From an uncultured virus (IMG/VR IMGVR_UViG_3300050019_000387) (lineage: Duplodnaviria; Heunggongvirae; Uroviricota; Caudoviricetes): DNA of 64,000 nucleotides. Under the pieces are notes generated by a model. The model was not told where the DNA came from. It saw nothing but the letters and a program-made list of their open reading frames with translations, and made no database searches. Location of the stretch: IMG/VR virus record IMGVR_UViG_3300050019_000387; one strand, given 5' to 3'. This document shows positions 38,548-48,204 of the stretch, piece after piece; the first letter of the stretch is position 1; every line of letters starts with the position of its first letter. The translations under genes and the position numbers were made by a program.

Positions 38548-39092
38548 TGGTTCCTTTCAGTGGTCGTGTGTGCTCTCACAGCACCGGGGGTGCTGGCGGC
38601 ACTCGGGCGCGGGATCAGTGAGCGCAGGACGACTTCGCTAGCGGTCAGGCGGGCGAGCAGCGAAATGGGGTCGGTGTGCAGTTGCGCGCGCGCGATCTCG
38701 GCGCGGTAGTGCTTGACGATGCGCGGCAACAGTTCGAGCTCTTTGGTGTCGTAGGCGCGGTGGCAGAGCCAGCACGCCGGAAGCACGCACAGCGGGTCGT
38801 CGCAGCCGCCTTTGCCTCGCGGCCACAGGTGCATCGGTGTCGTCGCGGGGGCGCCGCAAACGACGCACGGCCTGCCCTTGATCTTCTCGCGCTGCGCGGG
38901 GCTCGCCGGGCTGATCGCCGAGCGCTTCGGGGCGGTCTTTCGTGCCAACGGAGCGGTTCGCTGCGGGCCACCGGTTCGCTCAAGCGGCGCGCGCCGCCCA
39001 AGCCCGGTCGTTCGTTTCATCTCGGTGGTGCGCTGCATCGGTGCGCCGCGGCGCAGCGCGGCGCTTTGCTGCGGTGTTGGCTTCTCGGGCAC
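38544..39092 (-). CDS. HNH-like zinc-binding protein with basic N-terminal repeats
   Basis: PCVVCG...MHLWPRGKGG...PACWLCHRAYD; repeated (M/L)xRT/RxAPL units. Confidence 0.65.
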   Translation of the reverse strand: MPEKPTPQQSAALRRGAPMQRTTEMKRTTGLGRRAPLERTGGPQRTAPLARKTAPKRSAISPASPAQREKIKGRPCVVCGAPATTPMHLWPRGKGGCDDPLCVLPACWLCHRAYDTKELELLPRIVKHYRAEIARAQLHTDPISLLARLTASEVVLRSLIPRPSAASTPGAVRAHTTTERNQ

Positions 39093-39113
39093 CGAAGCCT
39101 CCTTTCGCGAGGG

Positions 39114-39677
39114 TTAGTCGTCGTAGGTGCCGAGCGGGGAGCCGTCCTCGTCGAGATCGAAGAAACCGGGGTCGCTGCGAGCCTCGGTCGCGAGCCGCGC
39201 GAGCGCTGGACCGTCGAGCGGCTCGACGACCGTCGCCTTCACATCGCAGAGGAGGTCCTCGGAACTCGCTCGCTCCAGCAGGTCAGCGACGTCCATCCTG
39301 TCGGTGCTGAGCGCGTCCTTGTGGCCGAGGAACTCGACGAGGATCGTGCGCCGTTCGCCGACAATCTCAGCGTCCGGCTTCGGTGCAGCCGCGATGACGG
39401 CGACGGCGCCGCTCAGCGGCATCGTCGTCTGGTCGGCGTCGAGTCCGGGCTCGTAGCCGTGGGCGGTATAGAGCACGGTGATGCCCTCGCCCGCCTCGGC
39501 GTCGCCTTCCTGGCAGCGGGCTTTGATGGCGGCGTCGATATCGTCGCCCTCGAGCTCGTCTGAGATCGCGATGATCTTCGAGCCCTTCAGCGGTTCCCAT
39601 GTCTCGCCGTCGCTGAGGACCATGTAGCGGTCGGGGAGATCGCGGTCGGGTGTGCTGTCGGGTGTTGTGTCGGCCAT
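39114..39677 (-). CDS. Hypothetical acidic protein
   Basis: ATG at 39677 with GGAGG RBS. Confidence 0.75.
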   Translation of the reverse strand: MADTTPDSTPDRDLPDRYMVLSDGETWEPLKGSKIIAISDELEGDDIDAAIKARCQEGDAEAGEGITVLYTAHGYEPGLDADQTTMPLSGAVAVIAAAPKPDAEIVGERRTILVEFLGHKDALSTDRMDVADLLERASSEDLLCDVKATVVEPLDGPALARLATEARSDPGFFDLDEDGSPLGTYDD

Positions 39678-39909
39678 AGCGGGCCTCCGTTGGTCGTGTG
39701 GTTTCGGTTTTGCGCCGAGGCGAACCGCCGCCCGGCGCGTACTGCGTGGTGCCGGGGGGACGCGGGCTCTGTCTGGCGAGTGCTTCTCGCCAGGTGGGCC
39801 GAGCGGCCCCCCGCCCAATTCGGTCGTGGCGTGCTTGAGAGCGCGCGGTGCGTTGGGTGGGGGCGTCGCGAGGCTGCCGGCGACGCGCTCCGTGCGGTCT
39901 GGCGCGCGA

Positions 39910-40329
39910 TCAGGACGCGGGTGGCGGCGCGCTGCAGGTGTAGAGCGCGAACGGGGCCTGGAAATGGACGCCGTTGTCGGCTTGTGGCCAGTCGTGGTGG
40001 AAGATCCAGGCGCTACCGTGTTTCTGCTGCCCGGTGGCTGTGAGTGAGGCGATCGGGACGGAGCGGTACAGCGAGCCTGAGAAGCTGCAGGCGCCGTTCT
40101 CGCAGAGGTGGTAGCTCCCGCCGTCGCTGGTCTGCACCCCTCCGCCCTGGCTCTCGTGCCACACGTGGCTCACTCGGCGCAGCGGCCCTTCCCTGAACTG
40201 CACGAAGTCGCCGACCTGCGGGCCCGGGCGCGCGTCGCGCGCCGCCAAACACCGGGCGACGAACGCGTGGTCTCGCTCGTCGAGACCATCGACGGCGCTG
40301 CGGGTGGGTTCTGTCAGATGGGTGCTCAC
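39910..40329 (-). CDS. Hypothetical protein
   Basis: GPQVGDFV...GGSYHL...SFSGSL...WIFHHD; GTGA coupling. Confidence 0.75.
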   Translation of the reverse strand: MSTHLTEPTRSAVDGLDERDHAFVARCLAARDARPGPQVGDFVQFREGPLRRVSHVWHESQGGGVQTSDGGSYHLCENGACSFSGSLYRSVPIASLTATGQQKHGSAWIFHHDWPQADNGVHFQAPFALYTCSAPPPAS

Positions 40330-41114
40330 GAGTCTTGCGGGGCGACGAGGATGTGCGTTCGCTCAACCCAACCGATCAGCCAGTCGCGCTGAACGGCGGC
40401 CAGCTTGCGGTTGATCCGCGCGAGCACGACCCAACCGCGGGGGTATCCCTCGCGGTAGCGCGGCTCGCCGGTAGCGATCAGCGCGAGCCGCCCGCCGCCG
40501 GTGCCGACCAGGTCCATCCGCGTCGATGGAGTGGTTCGAAAGCGCCTGTGGTGCTCGGCGGGCGCGACGTCGCTGTAGGAGGCGATCGTCGCCGCGGTCG
40601 CCGTCTCGATCACCGCAAAGCAGGGCGTTCCGAGTGCCGAGTCCTCGACCACGCGGAACGGCCAGTGCTCCGGGTCGCTGTGCGTCCAGTGCCCCGCTCG
40701 CGGCGGATTGGCGGCCAGGTAGGCGCGGACGTCCTCGTTGGTCGGCGGCTCGATCATGGCGTTGAGCTTGCCCTCAGAGCCGTCGACGGTGACCTCAAGG
40801 CGACAGGTCCCGTACCCGCAGACGTGGAAGCCGTCGAGGTTGTTGTCGGCGAAGTAGCGGCGGACTCGCTCGACGCCGGCCAGTGCGCGGGCGTGATCAT
40901 CGGGGAATGGGCCGAGCGCAAGGCAGTAGCGGCGCCCCCGCATGACGCTCACGTAGTAGTTGCCTGGCCGGGTGTCGGGCAGGGGTGTGATGTAGCGAGA
41001 GTCCCGGGCACGAGTGCCTGGGCACCGGGCGAGGCGGCCGCGACGGATCGCGGCGGCGGCGTGGCTGCGCTCCGGTTCGCTCGGGAGCGGTGCACTTCTC
41101 GGAGTTTTGGTCAT
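40326..41114 (-). CDS. Hypothetical protein
   Basis: 262 aa; GNYYVSVMRGRRYCLALGPF. Confidence 0.7.
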   Translation of the reverse strand: MTKTPRSAPLPSEPERSHAAAAIRRGRLARCPGTRARDSRYITPLPDTRPGNYYVSVMRGRRYCLALGPFPDDHARALAGVERVRRYFADNNLDGFHVCGYGTCRLEVTVDGSEGKLNAMIEPPTNEDVRAYLAANPPRAGHWTHSDPEHWPFRVVEDSALGTPCFAVIETATAATIASYSDVAPAEHHRRFRTTPSTRMDLVGTGGGRLALIATGEPRYREGYPRGWVVLARINRKLAAVQRDWLIGWVERTHILVAPQDS

Positions 41115-41216
41115 GGGGCTTCTCCGTCGTTGCTGGTCATAGGGGACGGGCTTTGTGGCCGCGCGCGAGCGCTGGCGGTCGTCTCGCCAGCCCGGCGAGC
41201 GGCGGGGCGGCCGCCG

Positions 41217-41868
41217 TCAGCACGCGCCGGCGGCGTGGGCGGCAAGCAGCAGGCCGATCGCCTGCTCGCGAGTGGACTGACCGGTCGTTGGCGTCTGGCC
41301 CAACTCGATTCCTGCCGGGTCGCTGACGCGGTTGACGAAGCGCTCGCCGAGCGTCAGCGCATACCAGTAGGAGGCGCCCGCCAGGCCACCTGCGCTGGGT
41401 TGTGGCGCGTGGTAGCAGGCCTGGCCGAGCGCTTGGCCCAGCAGATGCACCTCGACGCCGATTCGGCCGCGCTGTGCCCGGCGCGCCGAATGGAACGAGT
41501 CGAACGCCCTCCTGGGCGTCGCGCTGGAAGCGCTCGGCGTCGGCCTCAGCGGGGGTTTGGGTGCTTGCGGGGATCGCGGGTTCCTCGAGTGGGCGGACAT
41601 GCTTGTAGAACGCGCGCACAGCGCTGGGTTGCGCGACCGGCTGGCCAATTGCGTCGTAGTCGTCCTCGGGACTGAAGACGAGCTCGTTGTTCCACGGCTC
41701 AGCGTCGTCCAGGTAGCGGTCGAGGTGGAGTCCGATTAGGTCCGGCTGGGCTTCGACGAGCGTGCCTGTCGCTGCGATGGGCGCGTTGAAATGGGGGTAG
41801 CGCTCGACTGGCGCGGTGAGCGTGAAGCGAGCGCCGAACGGCGGGGGCGGCGGGGTTTGTGAAGTCAT
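41217..41868 (-). pseudogene. Hypothetical gene with apparent extra G near 41507-41509
   Basis: FQRDAQE continues as AFDSFHSARRAQRGRIGVEVHLLGQ...AAGAC* after removing one G. Confidence 0.6.
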
Positions 41869-41941
41869 CAGGCCTCCTTGAGGTGGCAGTGGGGCCGCGC
41901 GGTCTGGCGCGCGGCGAGTGTGGGTGGCTGCGCTCAGGCGG

Positions 41942-43820
41942 TCAGGCGAGGGCGTTGCGCAGCTGCGTGACGAGCCAGGTCATCACGGGTGGGGTGACGG
42001 CGTTGCCGTACTGGTTGACCTGCTGGCGGCGGGTGCCGTGGACGATGTACGGCTTGCCGTGCGCGTTGAGGTGCATGACCATGCCGCGGCCGACCTCGCT
42101 TGGCTCGAACATGCGAAAACTGCATTGCTCCACCGCGACCGGCTGCGGGACGCCGACGAGCGTGTGTTGCTCGACGGTCGCACAGGTCGGCATCGGCTCG
42201 CCGGCGGCGTGGCGCACCTGCCCCTCGCCGCGGAGGGTCACGACGGCGTGGCTGTCAGCTGTGGTGATCGAGCCGAGCGTTCGCTCGTCCGCGCAGCGAA
42301 GCCAGCCCTGCTTGCTCGCCGGGCCGTCCGGGGAGCCGTAGTTCGCCGTGATCAAGCGAAGCTGGCCGTCGGGGTGATTGAGCACGTAGTGCTGGTTGCC
42401 TACGGCGGTGATCGTGTGCAGTTGGTCTTGGTCGCCACGCGCGATCCTCGTGTTCGCCCGGTAGGGCACGACGAGCGGCGAGCCGAACTCGACAACCTCA
42501 GCGGCTTGCGTGGCTTCGAGGGTGTTGAGCAATTCGTCCGGGCTGCGCGCCGTGGTGACGGGGCCCGGCTCGGGCACGATTTCCGCGCGGACGATCTCGT
42601 CGTGGTCCTTGCCCTCGATGAGGTCGCCGACGGGATGCTGGGCGACGAGCGCGCGATCGATCGTGGTGCTGATCGTCCGCAGCTGCTCTCTGACCGGCCA
42701 CGCCTTCATCGCGCTGTCGCGCTCGATCGTCCCGTCCTTGTGCAGGCGGTCGAGGTTGCCGGCGACCTGGACGACGAGCGCGGAGCGGTGCTGCCCGGTG
42801 ATCGTGGCGAGCGGGTCGACCACGTCGCGCGCGCTGCGCGAAGCCGGCTGTGTGAGGTAGTCAAGCGGCACGACGAGTGGGCGCTCGGGGAGCCGGGCGA
42901 GGCCTCGCTTGATTCGAGCGATCGTCCCGGAGCGTAGCGGCGGCATCCCGTGCTGCTCACGCTCGCCGATCGGGACCGCCTCGCGCCACCACTCGATCGC
43001 GTACGCGGCCGGGGTGATCGCAGGGTTGGCGCGCTTGGCGCACTCGGCGCAGGCGTAGTAATACTGCTCGCCGTAGCGGCCCCACACGGTGTCGTGCGGG
43101 CCCCAGGCCAGGCGCACCGCGTCGGGCTTTTGCAGGTGCGCCTTGGGGGTCTGCACGCCGGGCACGACGCGCCCGCAGCTTTCACACCAGCACGGCGGGA
43201 AGTAGTCGAGCGCCGGTGTGCGTTGGCCGCGGCGCCAGAAGACGATGTAGATGCGGTCGCGCGACTGCGGGACAGGGCGGGAAGAAGCCGGAGTTGAGGT
43301 AGACCTTGCGGTGTTGGTAGCCGAGGTTGGTCATGTCGCGAAGCCAGCCGCGGAACGTCACGCCACAGCGGCACTTCCGGCGGTGCCCTGAGCGGCGCGG
43401 CTCACACCAGTGCACGATCTGGGGGACGTTCTCGACGATGACGGCCTGGTAGCGCTTGATCTCCGCCCAGCGCGGAACCTCGTCCATCGTTGAGCGCGAG
43501 CGCTCAGCGGTTTGGTCGCCGACGGGATCGAAGAGCGAGGGGTCGTCCTTCGCTCGGCCCTTGGCGTAGGAGTGCTCGCGGCACTCCGGGCTTGTGATGA
43601 GGACGTCGGCCGGCGGGGAATGGCGCCGCGGGTCGAGCGTTGGGATGTCGCCGAGGGTGTGCTCGACTTCCGGGTAGTTCGTTGAGTGCGTCGCGATCGC
43701 GACGTGGCTGTGGTTGGCGGCGTGGACGACTTCGACGCCTTCCACGCCCTTCGCACCGGTGGTGTTGCCGCCGGCGCCGCAGAAGTGGTCTTCGATGCGT
43801 AGCAGGGTGTCGGCGTTCAT
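41942..43820 (-). pseudogene. C5-cytosine DNA methyltransferase, split by an apparent +1 frameshift near 43268-43272
   Basis: DHFCGAGG, SPECREHS, VIVENV, [fs] PQSRDRIYIV, RMFEPSEV, QYGNAVTPPV. Confidence 0.88.
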
Positions 43821-43960
43821 CGCCACCACCCCGTGCTGCGAGGGTCGATGTGCATGTACTCCTCCAGTTCGTGGAAGGGATGTGTGGGCGCGCGCTGCTT
43901 TGGTGCGCCCACGCAGGGGACGACTGACGGGGCCGGCGCGATCTGCGCGGGTCCTGCCTA

Positions 43961-44791
43961 TCAGTGCACGGCGACGAGGTCGCGAGCTCGGGTGAGCAGC
44001 TCGGAGAGCTCAGCGGTGCCGGGCGCGTCCGGGGTAGCGGCGATCGCGGCGGTGATGTGTCCGCCGACGGTCGTCGGCCACGGCGTTGGCTGGTCTTGGA
44101 AGAGGTGGTCGGGAAGTGCGGCGGATGCGGCGTGGCGTGTGGCGTTTTTCATCGCGCGAGCGCTCTTGGCCGTGACTTTCTCGCCGGCGGCGAGCCGCTC
44201 GGCGAGTTCCCGCTGTGCGTCTTCGGGCAGTCGGGCGGCGACCTCCGCGGTGCTCTGGCTGATCGCGCCGCGCTCGACTGCTGCTCGCAGTTCGGCGATC
44301 AGGTTGCGCAGGCGAAGCCGGCGCGTGATCGCGGGGTGCTGCATTGTGGTCTGCTTGACGATCTGCGCAAGGAGCTCATGCTCGGGGACCTCCGGGTTGC
44401 CGTCGAATATCTGCTCGAGTAGGCGCATCTCGGTGGCGATTGACTCTGCGCGCGTGGCGTGCAGTGCGAGCGTGATCGCCGCCATCTTCTCGGGGTGCGC
44501 GGCCTCGGGGCCGACGTAGGTCGCGCACTCGACCAGCGGCTCACCGGGCCACTGGCCGGTTTCGATCAGGATCAGCACCGCCTTGGTGCGGCGGCGGCCC
44601 TCGACGAGGGTGAACAGCTCGCCGTCAATGGATGCTGCGAACGGGAGCTGCAGTAGGCCGAGATCGCGGACGAGCCCGATGAGATCCGAACGTGGGTGAG
44701 AGTGCTCGTGGCCGCTGAGCTGGTCGGGGCGCAGGAGGCTGCGCTCGACCTTCAGCTGCGCGGCGGGGAGCAGCGCGAGTTGGAGGCTCAC
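43961..44791 (-). CDS. ParB/Srx-like protein (short, copy 2)
   Basis: LGLLQLP...LVEGRRRTKA, HTH-like ITRRLRLRNL...GAISQSTA; GTGA coupling at 44791. Confidence 0.7.
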   Translation of the reverse strand: MSLQLALLPAAQLKVERSLLRPDQLSGHEHSHPRSDLIGLVRDLGLLQLPFAASIDGELFTLVEGRRRTKAVLILIETGQWPGEPLVECATYVGPEAAHPEKMAAITLALHATRAESIATEMRLLEQIFDGNPEVPEHELLAQIVKQTTMQHPAITRRLRLRNLIAELRAAVERGAISQSTAEVAARLPEDAQRELAERLAAGEKVTAKSARAMKNATRHAASAALPDHLFQDQPTPWPTTVGGHITAAIAATPDAPGTAELSELLTRARDLVAVH

Positions 44792-45453
44792 TGCGCCACC
44801 TCGACGACCGGGATGCCGGCAGCATTGGCGGCCTTCATCGTCTTCGTGTGCGTGCCCGCGTCGGGGTCGTGGACGACCTCGATCTGACACGCGGGGAAGC
44901 TCGCGAAAATCGCGAGGCGGTGGCGCGCGGCTTCGAGCGGCTCGTCCTCCCAAAGCCGGGCACACATGTCGCTGTAGTCGGGCTCGCGGTGCTCCGGGAT
45001 GTGGCACGGGCACGCGCGGTCGGTCGGGAACTCGGCCGCGTTCGCGATGTCGGCGTGCGCGTGCAGCAACAGCAGCCGACTCTCACGGGTGATTTTCGCG
45101 AAGTCGGTGTTGGCGGCGATGCGACGCGAGATGCCCATGCGGCGCCCCTCGTCGATGAACTCGGCAACGGTCGGGTAGTGCTCTCGGCCGACGATGTCGT
45201 AGACGTGGGTGATCTCGCTTCCGTCGCCGCCCGGGTGCGCGAGCAGGCTCACGCCGATCGCGCTGATCCCGAGCTCGTCGGGGTCGACGACGACGGGAGG
45301 GTCGATGAGGAACTCCTCGATCGGTGCGCCGTCGGGGACGAGCGGGATCGCGAGGTACGCGGCGCCCTTCTGTCGGGTGCCGCAGCCGCGTTCACCGCCG
45401 CTGGTCGTTGCGGGCTCGGTTGTTGCGAGCGCGCTTGATTCGTTCTCGCTCAT
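44788..45453 (-). CDS. Conserved hypothetical protein
   Basis: ERGCGTRQKGAAYL...IVGREHYPTVAEFIDEGRRMGISRRI; CPC..H..C. Confidence 0.8.
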   Translation of the reverse strand: MSENESSALATTEPATTSGGERGCGTRQKGAAYLAIPLVPDGAPIEEFLIDPPVVVDPDELGISAIGVSLLAHPGGDGSEITHVYDIVGREHYPTVAEFIDEGRRMGISRRIAANTDFAKITRESRLLLLHAHADIANAAEFPTDRACPCHIPEHREPDYSDMCARLWEDEPLEAARHRLAIFASFPACQIEVVHDPDAGTHTKTMKAANAAGIPVVEVAQ

Positions 45454-45504
45454 GGTGTTCCTTTCTGAGGTTGGGGTGGGTTGGCGCCCTGGCGGGCTGT
45501 GTAC

Positions 45505-45835
45505 TCACCGATCAGCGCCGGGCTCATAGATCAGTGATCGCCAGACGCGCACCGGGCGGCGGATTCGCCGTGAGGGCCGCGTGTTCTCGGTGCGGCTCAT
45601 CAGACCCCGTCGCTCGCCTGCGGCCATCAATGCGGCCATCTGGGCGCGCGCGTCGTGCGGCTCGAGTTCGATCCCTGGTCGGCAGGCCCTCAGCGGTGAT
45701 CCAGCCCTCCGTGGTGTGGCGGGCGATCTCGACTCCGTCGGCGCGACGCAGCACGAGGTCGTCGAGGTGGATGTCCACCGTCGCCGGCGCCGCGAGCTCG
45801 CCGAACAGCGCGAGCGGTTCAGCCGGCGTGCTCAT
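45505..45835 (-). pseudogene. Internally deleted, frameshifted paralog of 45843-46334
   Basis: GWITAEGLPT joins out of frame near 45675 to IELEPHDARAQMAALM...GLM...PVRVWRSLIYEPGADR*; roughly 55 middle codons absent. Confidence 0.75.
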
Positions 45836-45842
45836 CGCCTGC

Positions 45843-46334
45843 TCACCCGTCGTGGATGAGCGAGCGCCAGACGCGGACGTGGCGCCCTCCTTTGTTGCGG
45901 GCGCAGGGGACGGTTTCGCCGGTGAGCTCGATCAGCCCTTCGCGCTGGCCTGAGCGCATCAGGCGACTCATCTGGTTGCGCGGGTCGCGCGGGGGCATCT
46001 CGATCAGCTCCCACACGTCGTCGACGGTGAGGCACGCGCACTGTTCGGCGAGCGTGCGCAGCTGGCGGTGTGCCTGCTCGAGCCAGGCGTGGTCTTCTTG
46101 GCGTCGTCGGCGGGTCAGCGCGACCGGGTCGATCACGGCGCGCGGCGTCCCGATCGGGACGCGGACCCGCTCGGTCGGGAGACCGTCGGGGCTGATCCAT
46201 CCAGCCGCGGTGAGTGTCGCGATCTCCTCGCCGGCGCTGTCGCGGATCGTCATGCCGTCGAGGATCAGCTCGACGTCACGACCGGGTTGGGTGGGCGCGG
46301 CGAGCGCGAGCTGCTCGTGTTCGGTGGCGCTCAT
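45843..46334 (-). CDS. Putative winged-helix protein
   Basis: LTVDDVWELIEMPPRD...GLIELTGE...VRVWRSLI. Confidence 0.75.
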   Translation of the reverse strand: MSATEHEQLALAAPTQPGRDVELILDGMTIRDSAGEEIATLTAAGWISPDGLPTERVRVPIGTPRAVIDPVALTRRRRQEDHAWLEQAHRQLRTLAEQCACLTVDDVWELIEMPPRDPRNQMSRLMRSGQREGLIELTGETVPCARNKGGRHVRVWRSLIHDG

Positions 46335-46511
46335 CGCCGCGACCGCCCGCGTCGGGCGCAGGTGGTTCTCGTGCGCATGGCACGCTCCTTTGGTTAGGCG
46401 GGGCCCGCCGTGCGGGCAGCGCTGGTGTGTGAGACGTCCGAGGCGCCGAAGGGCGCCGGCGCCTCGGCGTCGGTCAGGGTGTGAGTCGGCGCCGCGGCTG
46501 GCCCTTGCGCG

Positions 46512-47462
46512 TCAGGTGCCGGGGGCCAGTGGCGGGATCGCTGTGGCCGGCGCACTGTCGCCGTCGTCGATCAGGACGCCGTGGCGGTAGGTGAAGATCA
46601 CGACGCCGTCGCGGTGTCGTCGGGCGACGTAGACGTTGGCTTCGCTTTCGTTCTGCACCCGTGTTTGGCGGGTGCAGGCGACGTCCATCATCTGCTGCGT
46701 GTTCTTGTACGCGGTCTCTGGGTAGAGGCGGCTCGCGACGTCGATCTTGCCGCCTGCGCGTAGCGTGATCAGCCGCGCGCCGGGCTCCTCAAGCTCGGTG
46801 CGGGCGAAGTTCAGCAGCCGCAGCCGCCAGTCTTTGCGGGCGATGTAGGCGCGGGTGCCGCAGATCGCGCGCAGCGCGGCGCCGGTGGCGAGCTCGATGC
46901 CGCCTTCGACACCGGCGTCGAAGGCTTCGACGGAGCCGAGCGCTTCGAGGTTCGGGAGCATCCCGTCGGCGTTCGCGTAGTCGAGGTCGTCGCGCGAGGG
47001 GTGCTGCTGTTCCTCCTCAGCGAGCTGTTGGCGCTCGCGGGCGAGGCGGACGCGAAGCGCGTCGGGGTCGGGCCGCTCGAAGGGCTCGCCGGCGAGCGAC
47101 TGCCCGCTCGCGTCGCAGTCGGCGCACTCGAACGCGATCGGGTGGTAGTCCTCGCCGAAGCGCGTGTCACCGTCGGCGCAGAACGTGGTGCCGTCGGTGT
47201 CGACCGATATCTCGCCGCGTGAGCGGTAGTCGACGTAGCCGATCTCGGCGAACTGATCGCTGCCGCAGTGCGGGCATGCGAGCGGCTTGGGGTCGGTCGG
47301 GTCGGCGCGCCTAGTGAGCGGCTTCCACTCGTTGACGGTGCCGCCGTGCTGCTCTTCGAGGTAGCCCGCGACGTCGTCGTTATCGAGCTCGTCGGGGACC
47401 TCAAGCTCGGGGCGCAGCGCGGCTTCATCGCCGCTCTGCTGCCATGTGACATGAACGAGCAT
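46512..47462 (-). CDS. Zinc-ribbon-containing hypothetical protein, paralog of 62870-63826
   Basis: CPHC...CADC; ATG at 47462 with AAAGGAG. Confidence 0.85.
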   Translation of the reverse strand: MLVHVTWQQSGDEAALRPELEVPDELDNDDVAGYLEEQHGGTVNEWKPLTRRADPTDPKPLACPHCGSDQFAEIGYVDYRSRGEISVDTDGTTFCADGDTRFGEDYHPIAFECADCDASGQSLAGEPFERPDPDALRVRLARERQQLAEEEQQHPSRDDLDYANADGMLPNLEALGSVEAFDAGVEGGIELATGAALRAICGTRAYIARKDWRLRLLNFARTELEEPGARLITLRAGGKIDVASRLYPETAYKNTQQMMDVACTRQTRVQNESEANVYVARRHRDGVVIFTYRHGVLIDDGDSAPATAIPPLAPGT

Positions 47463-47703
47463 GTCGCTCCTTTCTCGGGATGACAGGGGGTGTCCGCACA
47501 GCGCGAGGACCGTTGAGTCCATGCACGCGCGTGATGGCTCGGCGCGGCAAAGCGCCGCGCCGAGGTCTGACCGACCGCCCGGGCACGGGCGTGGCAGGCA
47601 CTCTCAGTGCGGCGGGTGCCGCGAGCGCGAGCGCGTCAGTCGGCCGCTCCCAGCGGCTACTCCGGGACGCGGGGTGTTGGGGTGTTCGACCGCAGGCGGA
47701 TGA

Positions 47704-47725
47704 GTGTCACGGCACGCCGTGACAC
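47704..47725. promoter_or_regulatory. Perfect palindrome GTGTCACGGC-AC-GCCGTGACAC (operator- or hairpin-like)
   Basis: 10-bp arms read directly; function inferred only. Confidence 0.4.
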
Positions 47726-47737
47726 GCAGCTCCTGGG

Positions 47738-48100
47738 CTAGGTGCTTCGCAGGTAGGCGTCGGTGGCGGCGATCGCGGCGTCGATTTCCTCCAAGCTGGG
47801 GCCATCGGGTTCGGGTGGGCCGGTGGCCTCCGCGGCACGGCGTAGGTTGGCCTCGAGGGTGTTCCACACGCTGCGCGCAGCAAGTGAGGCAACGCGGTCG
47901 GTGGTGGTGGTGCCGTAGCTCTCGGGGAGCTCGCCGTCAGGGTCGCTTGCGGCGAGCGCGAGGACCTCGGCGATCAGATCGCAGGCGACGGTGTGGAGGG
48001 GTTCGCCATCGTGTTCGCCGGTGCTGTGCGCGTACTCGCCGAGCAGGCGTTGTGCGCGCGCGGCCTCTTGGGGGTCGGGGGTCACGTCATCAGTTGCCAT
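47738..48100 (-). CDS. Hypothetical protein
   Basis: 120 aa, GAAAGGA RBS. Confidence 0.75.
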   Translation of the reverse strand: MATDDVTPDPQEAARAQRLLGEYAHSTGEHDGEPLHTVACDLIAEVLALAASDPDGELPESYGTTTTDRVASLAARSVWNTLEANLRRAAEATGPPEPDGPSLEEIDAAIAATDAYLRST

Positions 48101-48204
48101 CGGTGTCCTTTCACTAGAGGTTTTTCGGCATGCAAGCGGTTCCGGCGAGCTGCTGCATTGAGGTGGCGGCCTGCTCGGCCCGGCACGCGGGCGGAGCCCG
48201 TAAC

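Noticed and set aside
13329..43820. Restriction-modification or BREX/DISARM-type defence system
   Set aside because: No cognate endonuclease, HsdR/S, Pgl/Brx or Drm genes recognised; the MTases are dispersed orphans
46331..46378. 15-aa upstream ORF MRTRTTCARRGRSRR coupled to 46334
   Set aside because: The alternative frame (HENHLRPTRAVAAM) is GC3-rich and in frame with the gene, so a 1-nt deletion after the ATG is more plausible
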